Both the position numbers and the translations under genes were made by a program. A DNA stretch of 64,000 bases from NCBI GenBank assembly GCA_035574255.1, contig DATLYZ010000011.1, forward strand, positions 2,080-66,079. The letters are read 5' to 3'. The stretch comes from Gemmatimonadales bacterium (GTDB lineage Bacteria > Gemmatimonadota > Gemmatimonadetes > Gemmatimonadales > GWC2-71-9). A model generated the notes under the pieces. The model saw nothing but the letters and a program-made list of their open reading frames with translations. It was not told where the DNA came from and searched no databases. This document shows positions 1 through 8,745 of this stretch, in pieces (within the stretch, counting starts at the first letter, position 1; each line of letters begins with the position of its first letter).

Positions 1-45
1 GCCCCTGGCGGTTCCCGCCAATGCTAGAAGGCTGGCGGGGCGCGG

Positions 46-258
46 TCAATCATTCGGCCAGTAGCAGGTCACCGTCCAGCTGGACCCGCCCGGGCCGGTG
101 CGGATGTAACAGAGGCTGCCACGCCCGTAGCAGCCGATCCCCTCGCAGGTGGTGATGTATCCGTTGCCGGCGGCGGCCGGACCGGCGTCCATGAGGGTGA
201 GGAGGAACGGCGCAATCAGCCAGGAGGGTAGCAACATTCGGCGCGGCATTCCGTGCAT
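46..258 (-). CDS. small secreted cysteine-rich peptide (70 aa precursor, about 40 aa mature, 4 Cys), unknown family
   Basis: ATG at 258 preceded by GGAGG (complement of 264-268) with a 5 nt spacer. N-terminal hydrophobic signal-like segment LLPSWLIAPFLLTLMDAGPAAA, then the Gly/Tyr/Trp/Cys-rich tail GNGYITTCEGIGCYGRGSLCYIRTGPGGSSWTVTCYWPND. Confidence 0.6.
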   Translation of the reverse strand: MHGMPRRMLLPSWLIAPFLLTLMDAGPAAAGNGYITTCEGIGCYGRGSLCYIRTGPGGSSWTVTCYWPND

Positions 259-697
259 GGGAACCTCCAGGTTGGTGATCTGGGTCCCGGTTTCGGACCC
301 GGAAAGGTGGAAACGGAACGATGGGGACGGGGAAACAACGGCGGATCAAGCCGTGGGTGGCGCATTTTCGCCCGGAACTTGACCGTAGTCGCTGGCGTTA
401 ACCCTGGTGAAGCCTCCGGCACGGGGTATGCGTAAGACCCTGACAGGAGCAGAGGTCTTCCCGGGGTCGCGGGGCGGGGGATGGGACAATTGGCGCCGCG
501 GTGAGACGGAAATGCTCGGCGGCGCGTGAGCGGGAAGCGGCGGCCTCAATCCTCAACCAGGAGCCACCTCTGGGCACCTGTTGGAGAGGGACGGGGAAGG
601 ATCGCGGTGCGGGGCTCGACCGGCCGGAAGGCCGGGGGGTGGACTGCACCCAGGAGGAACGCGGCGGGACGTAGCCCGAGCGCCCTGGCGCTTGCCC

Positions 698-734
698 GAC
701 GCCCCCGCGTTCACGGCGAGAACGCGGGGGCGTC
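698..734 (+). promoter_or_regulatory. perfect 15-bp stem / 7-nt loop hairpin 35 nt upstream of the metallopeptidase start codon; attenuator, terminator or sRNA 3' end
   Basis: GACGCCCCCGCGTTC-acggcga-GAACGCGGGGGCGTC read directly, followed by GTCGTTTCC. It lies at the end of a 511-nt region (259-769) with no convincing ORF. Confidence 0.45.
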
Positions 735-769
735 GTCGTTTCCGGGCCCCGCTGACCAAGGATGGCGCT

Positions 770-1246
770 ATGACACGGCCACTCATGCTGGCGTTCGCGA
801 GCCTGACGGCGCTGCTCACGCCCCGTGCGGAGCAGGGCACGGTGCCGGTGCTGCCGGCCGCGACGCTCGTGGCTGACGCGAGCCTTCGGGACGTCGCGGT
901 GGCGGTCTACGACTCCGCCCGGCCTGTGATCTACTACAACCCTGTCGTGATCACCCGGCTCGGCCCGGCCCTCGGCACCTTCTTCCTCGCCCACGAGTAC
1001 GGCCACATCGCCTACGGGCATACCCGTTCCTCCGCGCTCCGGGCCGAGGCGAGCGTGCGAGACAGCCTGCTCCAGGAGAAGGAGCTCGAGGCGGACTGCT
1101 ATGCGGCCAGGATGTTGGCTGGCCGGGATCCCGCGGCGGTGGAGGCGGCGGTGGAGTTCTTTAGCCGCGTGGGCGAGTTCAGCTACGACAGCGAGCATCC
1201 CTCGGGGACGCGGCGCGCGGCCCGCATCCGGGGCTGTCTGACCTGA
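770..1246 (+). CDS. secreted minimal zinc metallopeptidase, M48-like (HEYGH ... ELEADCYA ... HPSGxxR)
   Basis: ATG 770 with AAGGA 7 nt upstream and signal-like N-terminus MTRPLMLAFASLTALLTP. Motif order HExxH, then ExEAD about 25 residues later, then HPxGxxRxxRI, as in M48 peptidases (BepA/HtpX type). The 581-769 part of the tracked ORF is a low-complexity Arg/Gly extension. Confidence 0.7.
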   Translation: MTRPLMLAFASLTALLTPRAEQGTVPVLPAATLVADASLRDVAVAVYDSARPVIYYNPVVITRLGPALGTFFLAHEYGHIAYGHTRSSALRAEASVRDSLLQEKELEADCYAARMLAGRDPAAVEAAVEFFSRVGEFSYDSEHPSGTRRAARIRGCLT

Positions 1247-1344
1247 GGCCGGGCGTCCGGGGGTCCGGAGACGGCCGGGCTTCCGGCGGTGGTGGGCCCT
1301 GAGGTCTCTTGCCACCGAGGTGGGGTGGGCCGCACATTGGACCA

Positions 1345-2232
1345 GTGCGGCCTTTGCGCTGGTGGTTCCAGGGGGTGGCGGCGCTCGCGGTGTTCTCGGG
1401 CGCGGCGGAGGCGAGCGCCCAGGGGCTTCATCTCCTCCCCGGCGTCGAGGAGATAGCCTCCGACAGCATCCAGGATCTGGCGATCGCGCTGGTGGACGAG
1501 CCGGTTCCCGTCATCTACTACAACCCGATCCTCGTGCGCCGGTACGGGCCTGACGTGGCGCGGTTCCTCCTGGCCCACGAATACGGTCACATCTTCCATC
1601 GCCACACCCGGGCGGGCCTCGCCGACCTCCCTCCGGCCAGGCGCGATTCCATGCTCCAGCAGATGGAGCTCGAGGCTGATTGTTATGCAGCCGGCCAGCG
1701 CGGGGAGCAGGCCCGGGTGGCCAGCGAGGCCGCCGTTCGTTTCTTCACCCGCCTGGGCCCTTTCCGGTTCGATAACCAGCACCCCACGGGGGCCCAGCGG
1801 GTCGCACGGATCCGGGCCTGCCTGCCGGAGCCGCTCCGCGACGATCCTGCGAACCGGGGCGAGACCGGATTCGAGGCCGGCCCCGTGAGCGGCGAACCGT
1901 CGCGGGCGCGGTTCCGGGTGTCGGCTCCCGCCATTGCGGAAGCCGATTACGGCAACGAGGCGCTGCTCTGGGTGGACGGCCAGCCGGTGGGGCGCGTCTC
2001 GAATCTGCGGTTCCCCCGGGAACTCGCCGTGGACCGCTTCGGGGCCGGGATCCACTCGTACCGGATCACGCTCGACCTCTTCCGGGCCAACGAGCTGCTG
2101 CAGTTCCTCCCGCTCGGCCAGGTCACGGGCCAGGGCCACTTCACGGTCCAGGACGGCGACCGCTTCAACATCAGCTGGCGGCCGGGCCGGAGCCCGGCGC
2201 TGGTCAAGGTGGAGGGGGCGTCGCCGGACTGA
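1345..2232 (+). CDS. secreted M48-like metallopeptidase paralog with an extra C-terminal domain of about 110 aa
   Basis: Same motifs as the upstream gene (PVIYYNP, LAHEYGHI, ELEADCYAA, HPTGAQRVARIRACL). GTG 1345 gives the signal-like start VRPLRWWFQGVAALAVFSGAAEASA; TTG 1309 is the alternative start. Confidence 0.7.
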   Translation: MRPLRWWFQGVAALAVFSGAAEASAQGLHLLPGVEEIASDSIQDLAIALVDEPVPVIYYNPILVRRYGPDVARFLLAHEYGHIFHRHTRAGLADLPPARRDSMLQQMELEADCYAAGQRGEQARVASEAAVRFFTRLGPFRFDNQHPTGAQRVARIRACLPEPLRDDPANRGETGFEAGPVSGEPSRARFRVSAPAIAEADYGNEALLWVDGQPVGRVSNLRFPRELAVDRFGAGIHSYRITLDLFRANELLQFLPLGQVTGQGHFTVQDGDRFNISWRPGRSPALVKVEGASPD

Positions 2233-5200
2233 TCGTGCCTTCCAGGACCGCCTGAACCCGGCGCACGAGCTGCTCCGGGGTGAACGGTTTCTGGAGGAAC
2301 GCCGCCTCCGTTCCCATGCCCAGCCGCTGCTCCAGCGTGTTGGCCGCGTATCCTGACATGTAGATGACCCGGACGCCGGGCCGCTCGGCCAGGAGGAGGT
2401 CGGCGAGCTTGGGGCCGCTCAGGCCGGGCATGATCACGTCGGTGAGCAAGAGGTGGATCGGGTCCCGGGTGGCGCGGGCCAGCGCGAGTCCGGCTTCGCC
2501 ACTCGGCGCGGTGAGGACCTGATACCCCTGCTGCTCCAGCACCCGGCGGGTGAGGCCCCGGACCGCTTCATCGTCCTCGACCAGGAGGATCGTCTCCCAG
2601 CCGGTGCGGGCCACCGTTCCGCCTCCGGTCTCCACGACTGCGGCCTCGCCCTCCACCCGGGGGAGATCCACCACGAACGTGGTGCCGCAGCCCGGCGTGC
2701 TGTGCACCGCAATGGTCCCCCCGCTCTGCTGGACGATGCCGTACACGGTGGCCAGGCCCAGACCGGTGCCCTTGCCTTGCTCCTTCGTCGTAAAGAACGG
2801 CTCGAAGAGATGCGCCAGCACGTCTTCGCTCATGCCGACACCGGTGTCGGATACGCTCACCCGCACCACCGGGGGGGGGCCAGCGTTGGCGGTCTCGATC
2901 GTGAGCCGCCCGCCGTCGGGCATCGCGTCGCGCCCGTTGACGGCCAGGTTGAGGAGCACCTGCTCCAGCTGGACCGGGTCGGCGCGGACGCGTCCCAGAT
3001 CGGGCGCGAGGCGGGTCACCAGCTCGATATCCTCGCCGATGGTCCGCCGGAGCATCTTGACCAGGCCCATGACGACGGCGTTCAGGTCCACGATGCGGGG
3101 CTCCAGGACCTGTTTGCGGCTGAAGGCGAGGAGCTGCCGGGTGAGGCTCGCGGCCCGGCCGCCGGCGGCCTTGATCTCGCGAAGCTCTTCCGCCAGCGGA
3201 TCGTCCGGCGGGAGCCGGGCCAGTGCGAGGTCGGCGTGGCCGAGCACTGCGGTGAGCAGGTTGTTGAAGTCGTGCGCCACCCCGCCGGCGAGGCGGCCCA
3301 CGGCTTCCATCTTCATGGCCTGCCGGAGCTGGGCTTCGCGCTCGCGCAAGGCTTGCTCCGCGCGGCGCTGCTCGGTGACGTCGCGGGCCACGAAGATGAC
3401 CGTGTCCTGGGTCATCGGGGAGGCGACGGCCTGGAACCACCGCTCCTCGCCCCGGAGCGCGAGGCCGTATTCGCAGGTCGCCGGCCCCTGCCGTTCCAGC
3501 GCCTGCCGGACGGCGGTCATGGCCGGGCGCGCCGCGTCCGCGGGCAGGATCTCCTCCACCCGGCGGCCCAGCATCTCCTCGGCCGGCCGGTAGAGCAGTT
3601 CCGGCGCGTTCGGGGCGATGCGGAGGTAGCGGCCGTCGCGGTCGAGCACCAGGATCACGTCCCGCATCGCCGCGAACAGAGCCCGGAACTCCGCCTCGGA
3701 GGCGCGCAGCGCCTGCTCGGCGCGCTTGCGTTCGATCGCCATCGCGACCTGGGCCGAGACGAACTCGAGAATCGCCTGGTGCCGGTCGGTGTAGCGGACC
3801 CCGGGATCGTAGCTCTGGACAGCCAACACGCCGATGGTCCGCTCCCCGATCCGGAGCGGCACGCCGAGCCAGTCCGCCGGCGGGGTTCCGATCACCTCCA
3901 CCTCCCCCCGCGCGACGAGCTCGTCGAGCTGATCGGCCCGGCCCCTGAGCGGCCGGCCGGTCCGCAACACATACTCCGACAGGCCTCGCCCGAGACGCCG
4001 CGGGGCCGGGCGCTCGTCGCGCTGGTCCACGAAGTAGGGGAAGGCAAGCGTTCCGGTCTCCGGTTCGAGCAGCGCGAGGTAGAAGTTGGCCGCCGGCATG
4101 AGCTCGCCCACGATCGTGTGGATGGCCCCGTACAGCGCGTCCAGGCTCGGCTCGGCCTGGGCCGCGAGGGCGATCCGGTAGATGGCCCGCTGGAGCCGCT
4201 CGGCGGCTTTCCGCTCCGTGATGTCCTGCATCGCCGTCACGATCCCGGCCGAGCAGCCGGTACCATCCGGCAGCGGCCAGGCGTGCAGCGCGACCTCTAC
4301 CGGGCGGCCTTCGCGGGTGAGGCGGACGGTCTCGTAGGACGTGAGGACCGCGCCCTGCCGAACCGCGTCCCGGAGTTGCGCCAGCTCGCCCTCGCGATCG
4401 GGCGGCACGATGGGGAGTCGCTGCCCGAGGACTTCGGCCTCCCGCCACCCGAAGAGCCGCTCCGCGGCGCGGCTCCAGATCGCCACCCGGCCCTCGGCGT
4501 CGAGCCCGGCGATGGCGATGGGCGAGCCGGCGAGGAGGGCTCGGTAGGCCTCGTTGACCTGCCGCTCCTGCGCCTCGGACCGCTCGCGCTCCAGGGTGCT
4601 GGCGGCCAGGAGCAGCCCCGTGAGGCTCTGGGTGACCGCGAGGGCCGACAGCAGGAGCGTGCGGGATTCGGGCCCGAGCACCCCGCCCGGGGCCGTCGCG
4701 AAGGCCACCAGGGTGGCCGCGACCCCCGCCACCGTGACCAGGCTGGAGGCCCTGAGCCCGCTCCGGACCGCCGCCCACGCGACCAGCGGGAAGAACACGA
4801 GCCCCACCATCGGCACCGGAGCCCAGCTGAGCAGCATTGCCAGAAGGGTGGCCGCTGCGAGGCTCGTGACTTCCCAGGAGCTCGGACGGGGCCGGAAGGC
4901 CGGTTTCGGGGTGAGCCAGGCGAGGATCGCGGGCGCCGCGAGCAGCACCCCCGCCAGGTCCGCCACCAACCAGCGGCGCCAGCTGATGGCGAAGGGAACC
5001 GCCGCCTCGGCCTCGGTGCAGGCTGCCATGGCACTGGTCAGGGAGGCGGCCAGCGGGACCAGGAACCCGACCACGACAAACCGGATGGCATCCACGAAGC
5101 GCTCGAGGGCCGGCGAGAACCCTGGAGACCGGCGGAGCAGCCAGGCGCCGGCCCCGGTGGCCGCCGCGTTCCCAGCCGCACCGACCAGCGCCGCCGAGAG

Positions 5201-5410
5201 CGCGCAGTGTCGCCCAAGATCGAAGGCCAGGCTGGCGGCGAAGACGGCCGGCCAGTACGCAGGGCCGAGCAGGAGCAGTCCGCCCAGTCCCACTCCGACC
5301 GGTACGCCGGAGGGAGGCGACGACCCGCCCGCCGCCGCCAGCGCCTGGATCCCTCGGGCCGAGAGGTACCAGGCCCCTGCCAGGAGGAGAAGACGGGCCA
5401 GCACCCGCAT
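2204..5410 (-). CDS. hybrid sensor histidine kinase (polytopic membrane N-terminus, PAS, GAF, PAS, HisKA, HATPase_c, REC)
   Basis: Start MRVLARLLLLAGAWYL at 5410. H-box VAHDFNNLLTAVLGH, G-boxes DTGVGM and GTGLGLATV, receiver LLVEDDE...LLLTDVIMPG...FLQKPF. The tracked 1400-aa ORF runs on upstream across the HD-GYP gene in another frame. Confidence 0.9.
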   Translation of the reverse strand: MRVLARLLLLAGAWYLSARGIQALAAAGGSSPPSGVPVGVGLGGLLLLGPAYWPAVFAASLAFDLGRHCALSAALVGAAGNAAATGAGAWLLRRSPGFSPALERFVDAIRFVVVGFLVPLAASLTSAMAACTEAEAAVPFAISWRRWLVADLAGVLLAAPAILAWLTPKPAFRPRPSSWEVTSLAAATLLAMLLSWAPVPMVGLVFFPLVAWAAVRSGLRASSLVTVAGVAATLVAFATAPGGVLGPESRTLLLSALAVTQSLTGLLLAASTLERERSEAQERQVNEAYRALLAGSPIAIAGLDAEGRVAIWSRAAERLFGWREAEVLGQRLPIVPPDREGELAQLRDAVRQGAVLTSYETVRLTREGRPVEVALHAWPLPDGTGCSAGIVTAMQDITERKAAERLQRAIYRIALAAQAEPSLDALYGAIHTIVGELMPAANFYLALLEPETGTLAFPYFVDQRDERPAPRRLGRGLSEYVLRTGRPLRGRADQLDELVARGEVEVIGTPPADWLGVPLRIGERTIGVLAVQSYDPGVRYTDRHQAILEFVSAQVAMAIERKRAEQALRASEAEFRALFAAMRDVILVLDRDGRYLRIAPNAPELLYRPAEEMLGRRVEEILPADAARPAMTAVRQALERQGPATCEYGLALRGEERWFQAVASPMTQDTVIFVARDVTEQRRAEQALREREAQLRQAMKMEAVGRLAGGVAHDFNNLLTAVLGHADLALARLPPDDPLAEELREIKAAGGRAASLTRQLLAFSRKQVLEPRIVDLNAVVMGLVKMLRRTIGEDIELVTRLAPDLGRVRADPVQLEQVLLNLAVNGRDAMPDGGRLTIETANAGPPPVVRVSVSDTGVGMSEDVLAHLFEPFFTTKEQGKGTGLGLATVYGIVQQSGGTIAVHSTPGCGTTFVVDLPRVEGEAAVVETGGGTVARTGWETILLVEDDEAVRGLTRRVLEQQGYQVLTAPSGEAGLALARATRDPIHLLLTDVIMPGLSGPKLADLLLAERPGVRVIYMSGYAANTLEQRLGMGTEAAFLQKPFTPEQLVRRVQAVLEGTISPATPPPP

Positions 5411-5445
5411 GGCGGCTCGCGGCGAGGGCACGGGACTTCCCGAGG

Positions 5446-6615
5446 TCAGGCGGGGAGGGGCGCCCCGGCGGGAATGGCGACCCGCTGATGGGTCCAGTGC
5501 CGCATCATGGCAGCGAAGGCCTCCACCAGGGCGGGATCGAAATCGGGGCCGGCCCGTTCCTCGAGAAACGCCAGCGCCGCCTCGTTCTCCCAGGCGTCGC
5601 GATAGGGCCGGTTGGTGCTGAGGGCGTCGTAGACATCGCAGACATGGACCAACTTGCTGGCGAAATGGGTATCCCGCGTGTAGCGGAACCGGGGGTACCC
5701 CTGCCCGTTCAACATGATGTGGTGCTCGTACGCCACCGTCGCGGCGAGTTCCAGCTTGGTTTCCCGCGCCAGAATCAGGCGGGCCCCGTCCACCGGATGG
5801 CGCCGCAGGATGGCCAGCTCCTGCTCGCTGAGCGCGCCCGGCCGGGTCAGGATCTCCTTGGGCACGCGCACCTTGCCGAGGTCGTGCAGCAGGCCGGCCA
5901 CGCCGAAGTCTCGCACGTCGCGCGGCGAGAGCCCGATGTACTCGGCCAGGGCCATGGCGAGCACGGCCACGTTGGTGGCGTGGGTGGTGGTGTACTGGTC
6001 GTAGGTGCGGACCTGGAGCAGGGGCAGCAACATGCGGCTCTGGCTGTGCATCGCGAGGGCGAGCGAGCGCACCACGGCTTCCGCCTCCACCACCGGTAGC
6101 GCGCCCGTCAGTTCCACCTGTTCGTGCAGCCAGCCCACCGCCGCGATCTCGTCGTCCAGCGTGTACGTCACGGTCTCGCTCGTGGCCGTGGCAATCGGGG
6201 TTTCGCCGGTCGCGCCCCGGAGATTCAGGGCTCCGAACCGGATGCTGGAGCGGCGCATCTGCCGGGCCTCGCTCGTGTCCATCTCTCCCAGGTGAACCCG
6301 CTGCTGCGCCTCGGCCAGGAACTCCCTCAGGTCCTCGACGGTGACGTCCCGCTCGAACTCGATCCGCTGGATCCCGACTTTCGCCAGGCGCCGACCCCAA
6401 TCCCACACCTTGAGATCCCGGAGGGCCTGCTGGCGGTAGAGGACTTCCTCTTCGAGGAACGAAAACACCGGCGCCGGATCGGTCTTCCGGAGCTCTTCGA
6501 ACTGCATCCAGGCCTGCTCCACGGCCCGCTCCCGCGCCGGGTGGCCCGCGCCGTACAGATTGGCGGCCGACAACGCGTGCCCGAGCGCGGTGAGGAACTT
6601 GATCGGCTCGCTCAC
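5446..6615 (-). CDS. HD-GYP domain c-di-GMP phosphodiesterase-like protein
   Basis: LLHDLGKVRVP (HD) and EHHIMLNGQGYPRF (GYP) motifs. GTG start at 6615 overlaps the upstream stop (GTGA), with GGAGGAGGG just upstream. Confidence 0.88.
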   Translation of the reverse strand: MSEPIKFLTALGHALSAANLYGAGHPARERAVEQAWMQFEELRKTDPAPVFSFLEEEVLYRQQALRDLKVWDWGRRLAKVGIQRIEFERDVTVEDLREFLAEAQQRVHLGEMDTSEARQMRRSSIRFGALNLRGATGETPIATATSETVTYTLDDEIAAVGWLHEQVELTGALPVVEAEAVVRSLALAMHSQSRMLLPLLQVRTYDQYTTTHATNVAVLAMALAEYIGLSPRDVRDFGVAGLLHDLGKVRVPKEILTRPGALSEQELAILRRHPVDGARLILARETKLELAATVAYEHHIMLNGQGYPRFRYTRDTHFASKLVHVCDVYDALSTNRPYRDAWENEAALAFLEERAGPDFDPALVEAFAAMMRHWTHQRVAIPAGAPLPA

Positions 6616-8660
6616 GTGCCCTCCTCCGCCGCGGCGCGGATGTCCGGATCCGGACTCGCGGCAGCGAGCCTGAGGATTCCCTGGGCCGCGGGGTCGTTCC
6701 GAAAGCCCCGGGCCAGCGCGTGAAGCACCGCCAGGAGTTCGGGCGACTTGGGCATCAGCCGGCGGCGCCGAAACCAGCGTTGCCGGGTGAGCGCGTGCTC
6801 GACCAGCCAGTCGCGCGTGGCGGGGGTGCGGATGGTCCCCAGCACCCGGATGGCGGTGGCCCGGATGGCCGGCTCGAGCCGGCGGTCATTGAGGAGGCCC
6901 ATCAGCCGCGGGACGGCGCCCGGCGGACACCGTTCCAGGGCCGCGGCCAGGCCGAGCTGGACGTTCTGGACATCGTCGTCGCCCAGGCAGGCCAGGATCG
7001 CCGCGTCGTGGAGGCCGGGGATCCGGAACATGAGCTTCACCGCCTCGCGGCGCACCCGGGGGTCATCGTGCTCGGCGTACTGGGTGACGTCAAAGTCGGC
7101 GGGGATCTCGGGGAGCGAGGCCAGCAGCGCGAGCAGATTCCGCACCACGTACCAGGGCGCGCCGGGCAGCCGCTCGACCAGCATGGGACCGACGGAGGGG
7201 CCGAGCTTGCTGAGGCGGGTGAGCAGCCGCCGGCGCATGGAGCGCGAGTCCGCCATCTCGAGCGTTTCGAGCATGGGTTCGGCGGCGGCCATCCCCATCC
7301 GGTCGATCAGCTTTTCCACGACCTCGGTGTCGCGGGGCTCATTGTTGAGCAGGATCCGCATGATGTCCGGGGTGGCGAGATGCAGCCAGAACTGCTCCGC
7401 GATGTCGGGGGCGATCCGGGGATCCTCCAGCAACGCGGCGACCTCCGAGGCATGACCTTCATTGACCGCTTCCTCGAGGGCGCCCCAGACCAGATCACCG
7501 ACCGTATCGGTCTCCAGGGACATCTGGATGACCCGCATCGCCTCGAACGGGGTGGCCTCCTGGGCCGCCGGCCGGGCCGGGTGCCGGGCCAGGCGCTCCA
7601 GCACCCGGGTGTAGACCGCCGGATTCGGGTCGGCCAGGGTCCAGCGGTCTACCAGCTGCCGGATGGACTCGCGGAGCACCAGATCGGCGTCTTCCCGAAT
7701 CTGCGGACTCCCCTGTTCCGCCTGGAACGACAGCTTGGTGAGGAGCCGGACCATGGCCTGCGGAATGACGCTGGTGGAGTCCTCGGCGCCGGCGTGAAGC
7801 AGGGTCAGCACCGCGTTGGCGGGCAGCACCTGGGCGGCATCGCGCACCAGCTGCTTGCGCTGGGCCAGGTCGGCTCCGAGCGAGAGGAGCTGGCGGAGGG
7901 TATCCCCGTTGATGTGGTTGAGCAGGGTACTCAGCCGCTCGCGGAGCGCGGAGGCCTCCGCACCGTGCGCCAGCCGAAGCTCGCGGCTCAGCCCGAGGAG
8001 GTACTGGACCAGCAGGCGGTCCTTCTCGCGGTCGCGCGGCCGCTGGTTGATGGCCTGGGCCACGGTGCGCGGATCGGCCATCGGCTCGATCCCGCCTTCC
8101 CGCGCCAGCACCGCGGAGGCAAGCCCCAGCCAGAGGCGGCCCGCGTTCGACTCCGGCAGGATCGCGTCGCCCGTGTGCCCGGGCGCCTCGCTCAGCTCCA
8201 GCTTGTCGTAATCGGGGCGGAAGAGCCGGACGTGTTCCCACCGTTCGCGGGCCTCGGCGGGCGCGAGGCCGAGCGGCCGTTGCCGGGCGTCGCTCGCCAG
8301 CGCGAGGCACACCTCGGCGAATTCCCCGCGGGAGATGCCCTGGGTGAACTTGATCGCGCCGAGCTGGTGCCGGTGCAGCCGCTGCGCCAGCTCGCGCAGC
8401 ACCGGGTTGGCCGGGTCCGTGGCCACCCCGTTCACCACGAGCTGGGTCCGCGCCACGCCCAGCATGAGCGTGTCACGGTTCACCAGGGCGGCCTGCAGCC
8501 GGAGCGCCGCCGAATCAACGGCCGCCACCCGGAGCGGGTGTCCGTCCGGGTAGACGGTCATCTTGTGCAGCGCGATGGCGAAGAGGGGAAGGAAAACGCC
8601 GATGTCGCGCGGGAGGACGGCGCGTTCCTGCTCGACGGAGGCAGCCGGGAGCTCGGACAC
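6612..8660 (-). CDS. HEAT/armadillo-repeat protein with an N-terminal module resembling the N-terminus of the adjacent HD-GYP protein
   Basis: C-terminal HEAT-like repeats (DDPRVRREAVKLM, EPAIRATAIRVLG, PDPDIRAAAEE). The N-terminus FLPLFAIALHKMTVYPDGHP parallels FLTALGHALSAANLYGAGHP of the next gene. Start uncertain: GTG 8660 preferred, ATG 8561 alternative; efp ends at 8746, so the ORF-track start at 8804 is unlikely. Confidence 0.65.
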   Translation of the reverse strand: MSELPAASVEQERAVLPRDIGVFLPLFAIALHKMTVYPDGHPLRVAAVDSAALRLQAALVNRDTLMLGVARTQLVVNGVATDPANPVLRELAQRLHRHQLGAIKFTQGISRGEFAEVCLALASDARQRPLGLAPAEARERWEHVRLFRPDYDKLELSEAPGHTGDAILPESNAGRLWLGLASAVLAREGGIEPMADPRTVAQAINQRPRDREKDRLLVQYLLGLSRELRLAHGAEASALRERLSTLLNHINGDTLRQLLSLGADLAQRKQLVRDAAQVLPANAVLTLLHAGAEDSTSVIPQAMVRLLTKLSFQAEQGSPQIREDADLVLRESIRQLVDRWTLADPNPAVYTRVLERLARHPARPAAQEATPFEAMRVIQMSLETDTVGDLVWGALEEAVNEGHASEVAALLEDPRIAPDIAEQFWLHLATPDIMRILLNNEPRDTEVVEKLIDRMGMAAAEPMLETLEMADSRSMRRRLLTRLSKLGPSVGPMLVERLPGAPWYVVRNLLALLASLPEIPADFDVTQYAEHDDPRVRREAVKLMFRIPGLHDAAILACLGDDDVQNVQLGLAAALERCPPGAVPRLMGLLNDRRLEPAIRATAIRVLGTIRTPATRDWLVEHALTRQRWFRRRRLMPKSPELLAVLHALARGFRNDPAAQGILRLAAASPDPDIRAAAEEGT

Positions 8661-8745
8661 GGGGATCGCCGGGGCTCGCCCTCGAAGGTGGCGGGGGGAC
8701 CTCCCTTCTAAGCTAAGGCTCGGACGGGGGCGAGGAAAGGCGAGA

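Noticed and set aside
581-769. N-terminal extensions in the ORF track, for example 581-769 before the first peptidase and 12992-13258 before the CysQ-like gene. Similar extensions occur before efp, galE, upp, mutS, the CBS-like gene and the DJ-1 gene.
   Set aside because: The extensions are Arg/Gly/Pro-rich and often overlap a real upstream gene. Internal starts give canonical N-termini, RBSs or 4-nt overlaps.
2453-5488. 1011-aa ORF on the plus strand, plus similar giant antisense ORFs: 6720-8711 (+), 9415-10758 (-), 15963-18296 (-), 18551-20809 (-), 21451-23457 (+), 26032-28353 (-), 33001-35886 (+), 40637-44326 (-), 52867-55449 (-), 55823-57376 (-).
   Set aside because: Each lies exactly antisense to a gene with clear family motifs. 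Their translations are Arg/Gly/Pro/His/Asp-rich with no motif. Long stop-free antisense frames are expected at about 70% GC.
2204-6406. The 1400-aa ORF taken at face value as one protein; likewise 35829-38222 (797 aa).
   Set aside because: The N-terminal third is low-complexity Arg/Gly/Pro sequence that overlaps the well-supported HD-GYP gene (or the OMF gene) in another frame. Sensible proteins begin at the internal ATGs 5410 and 36851, the latter with an ATGA overlap to the upstream stop.
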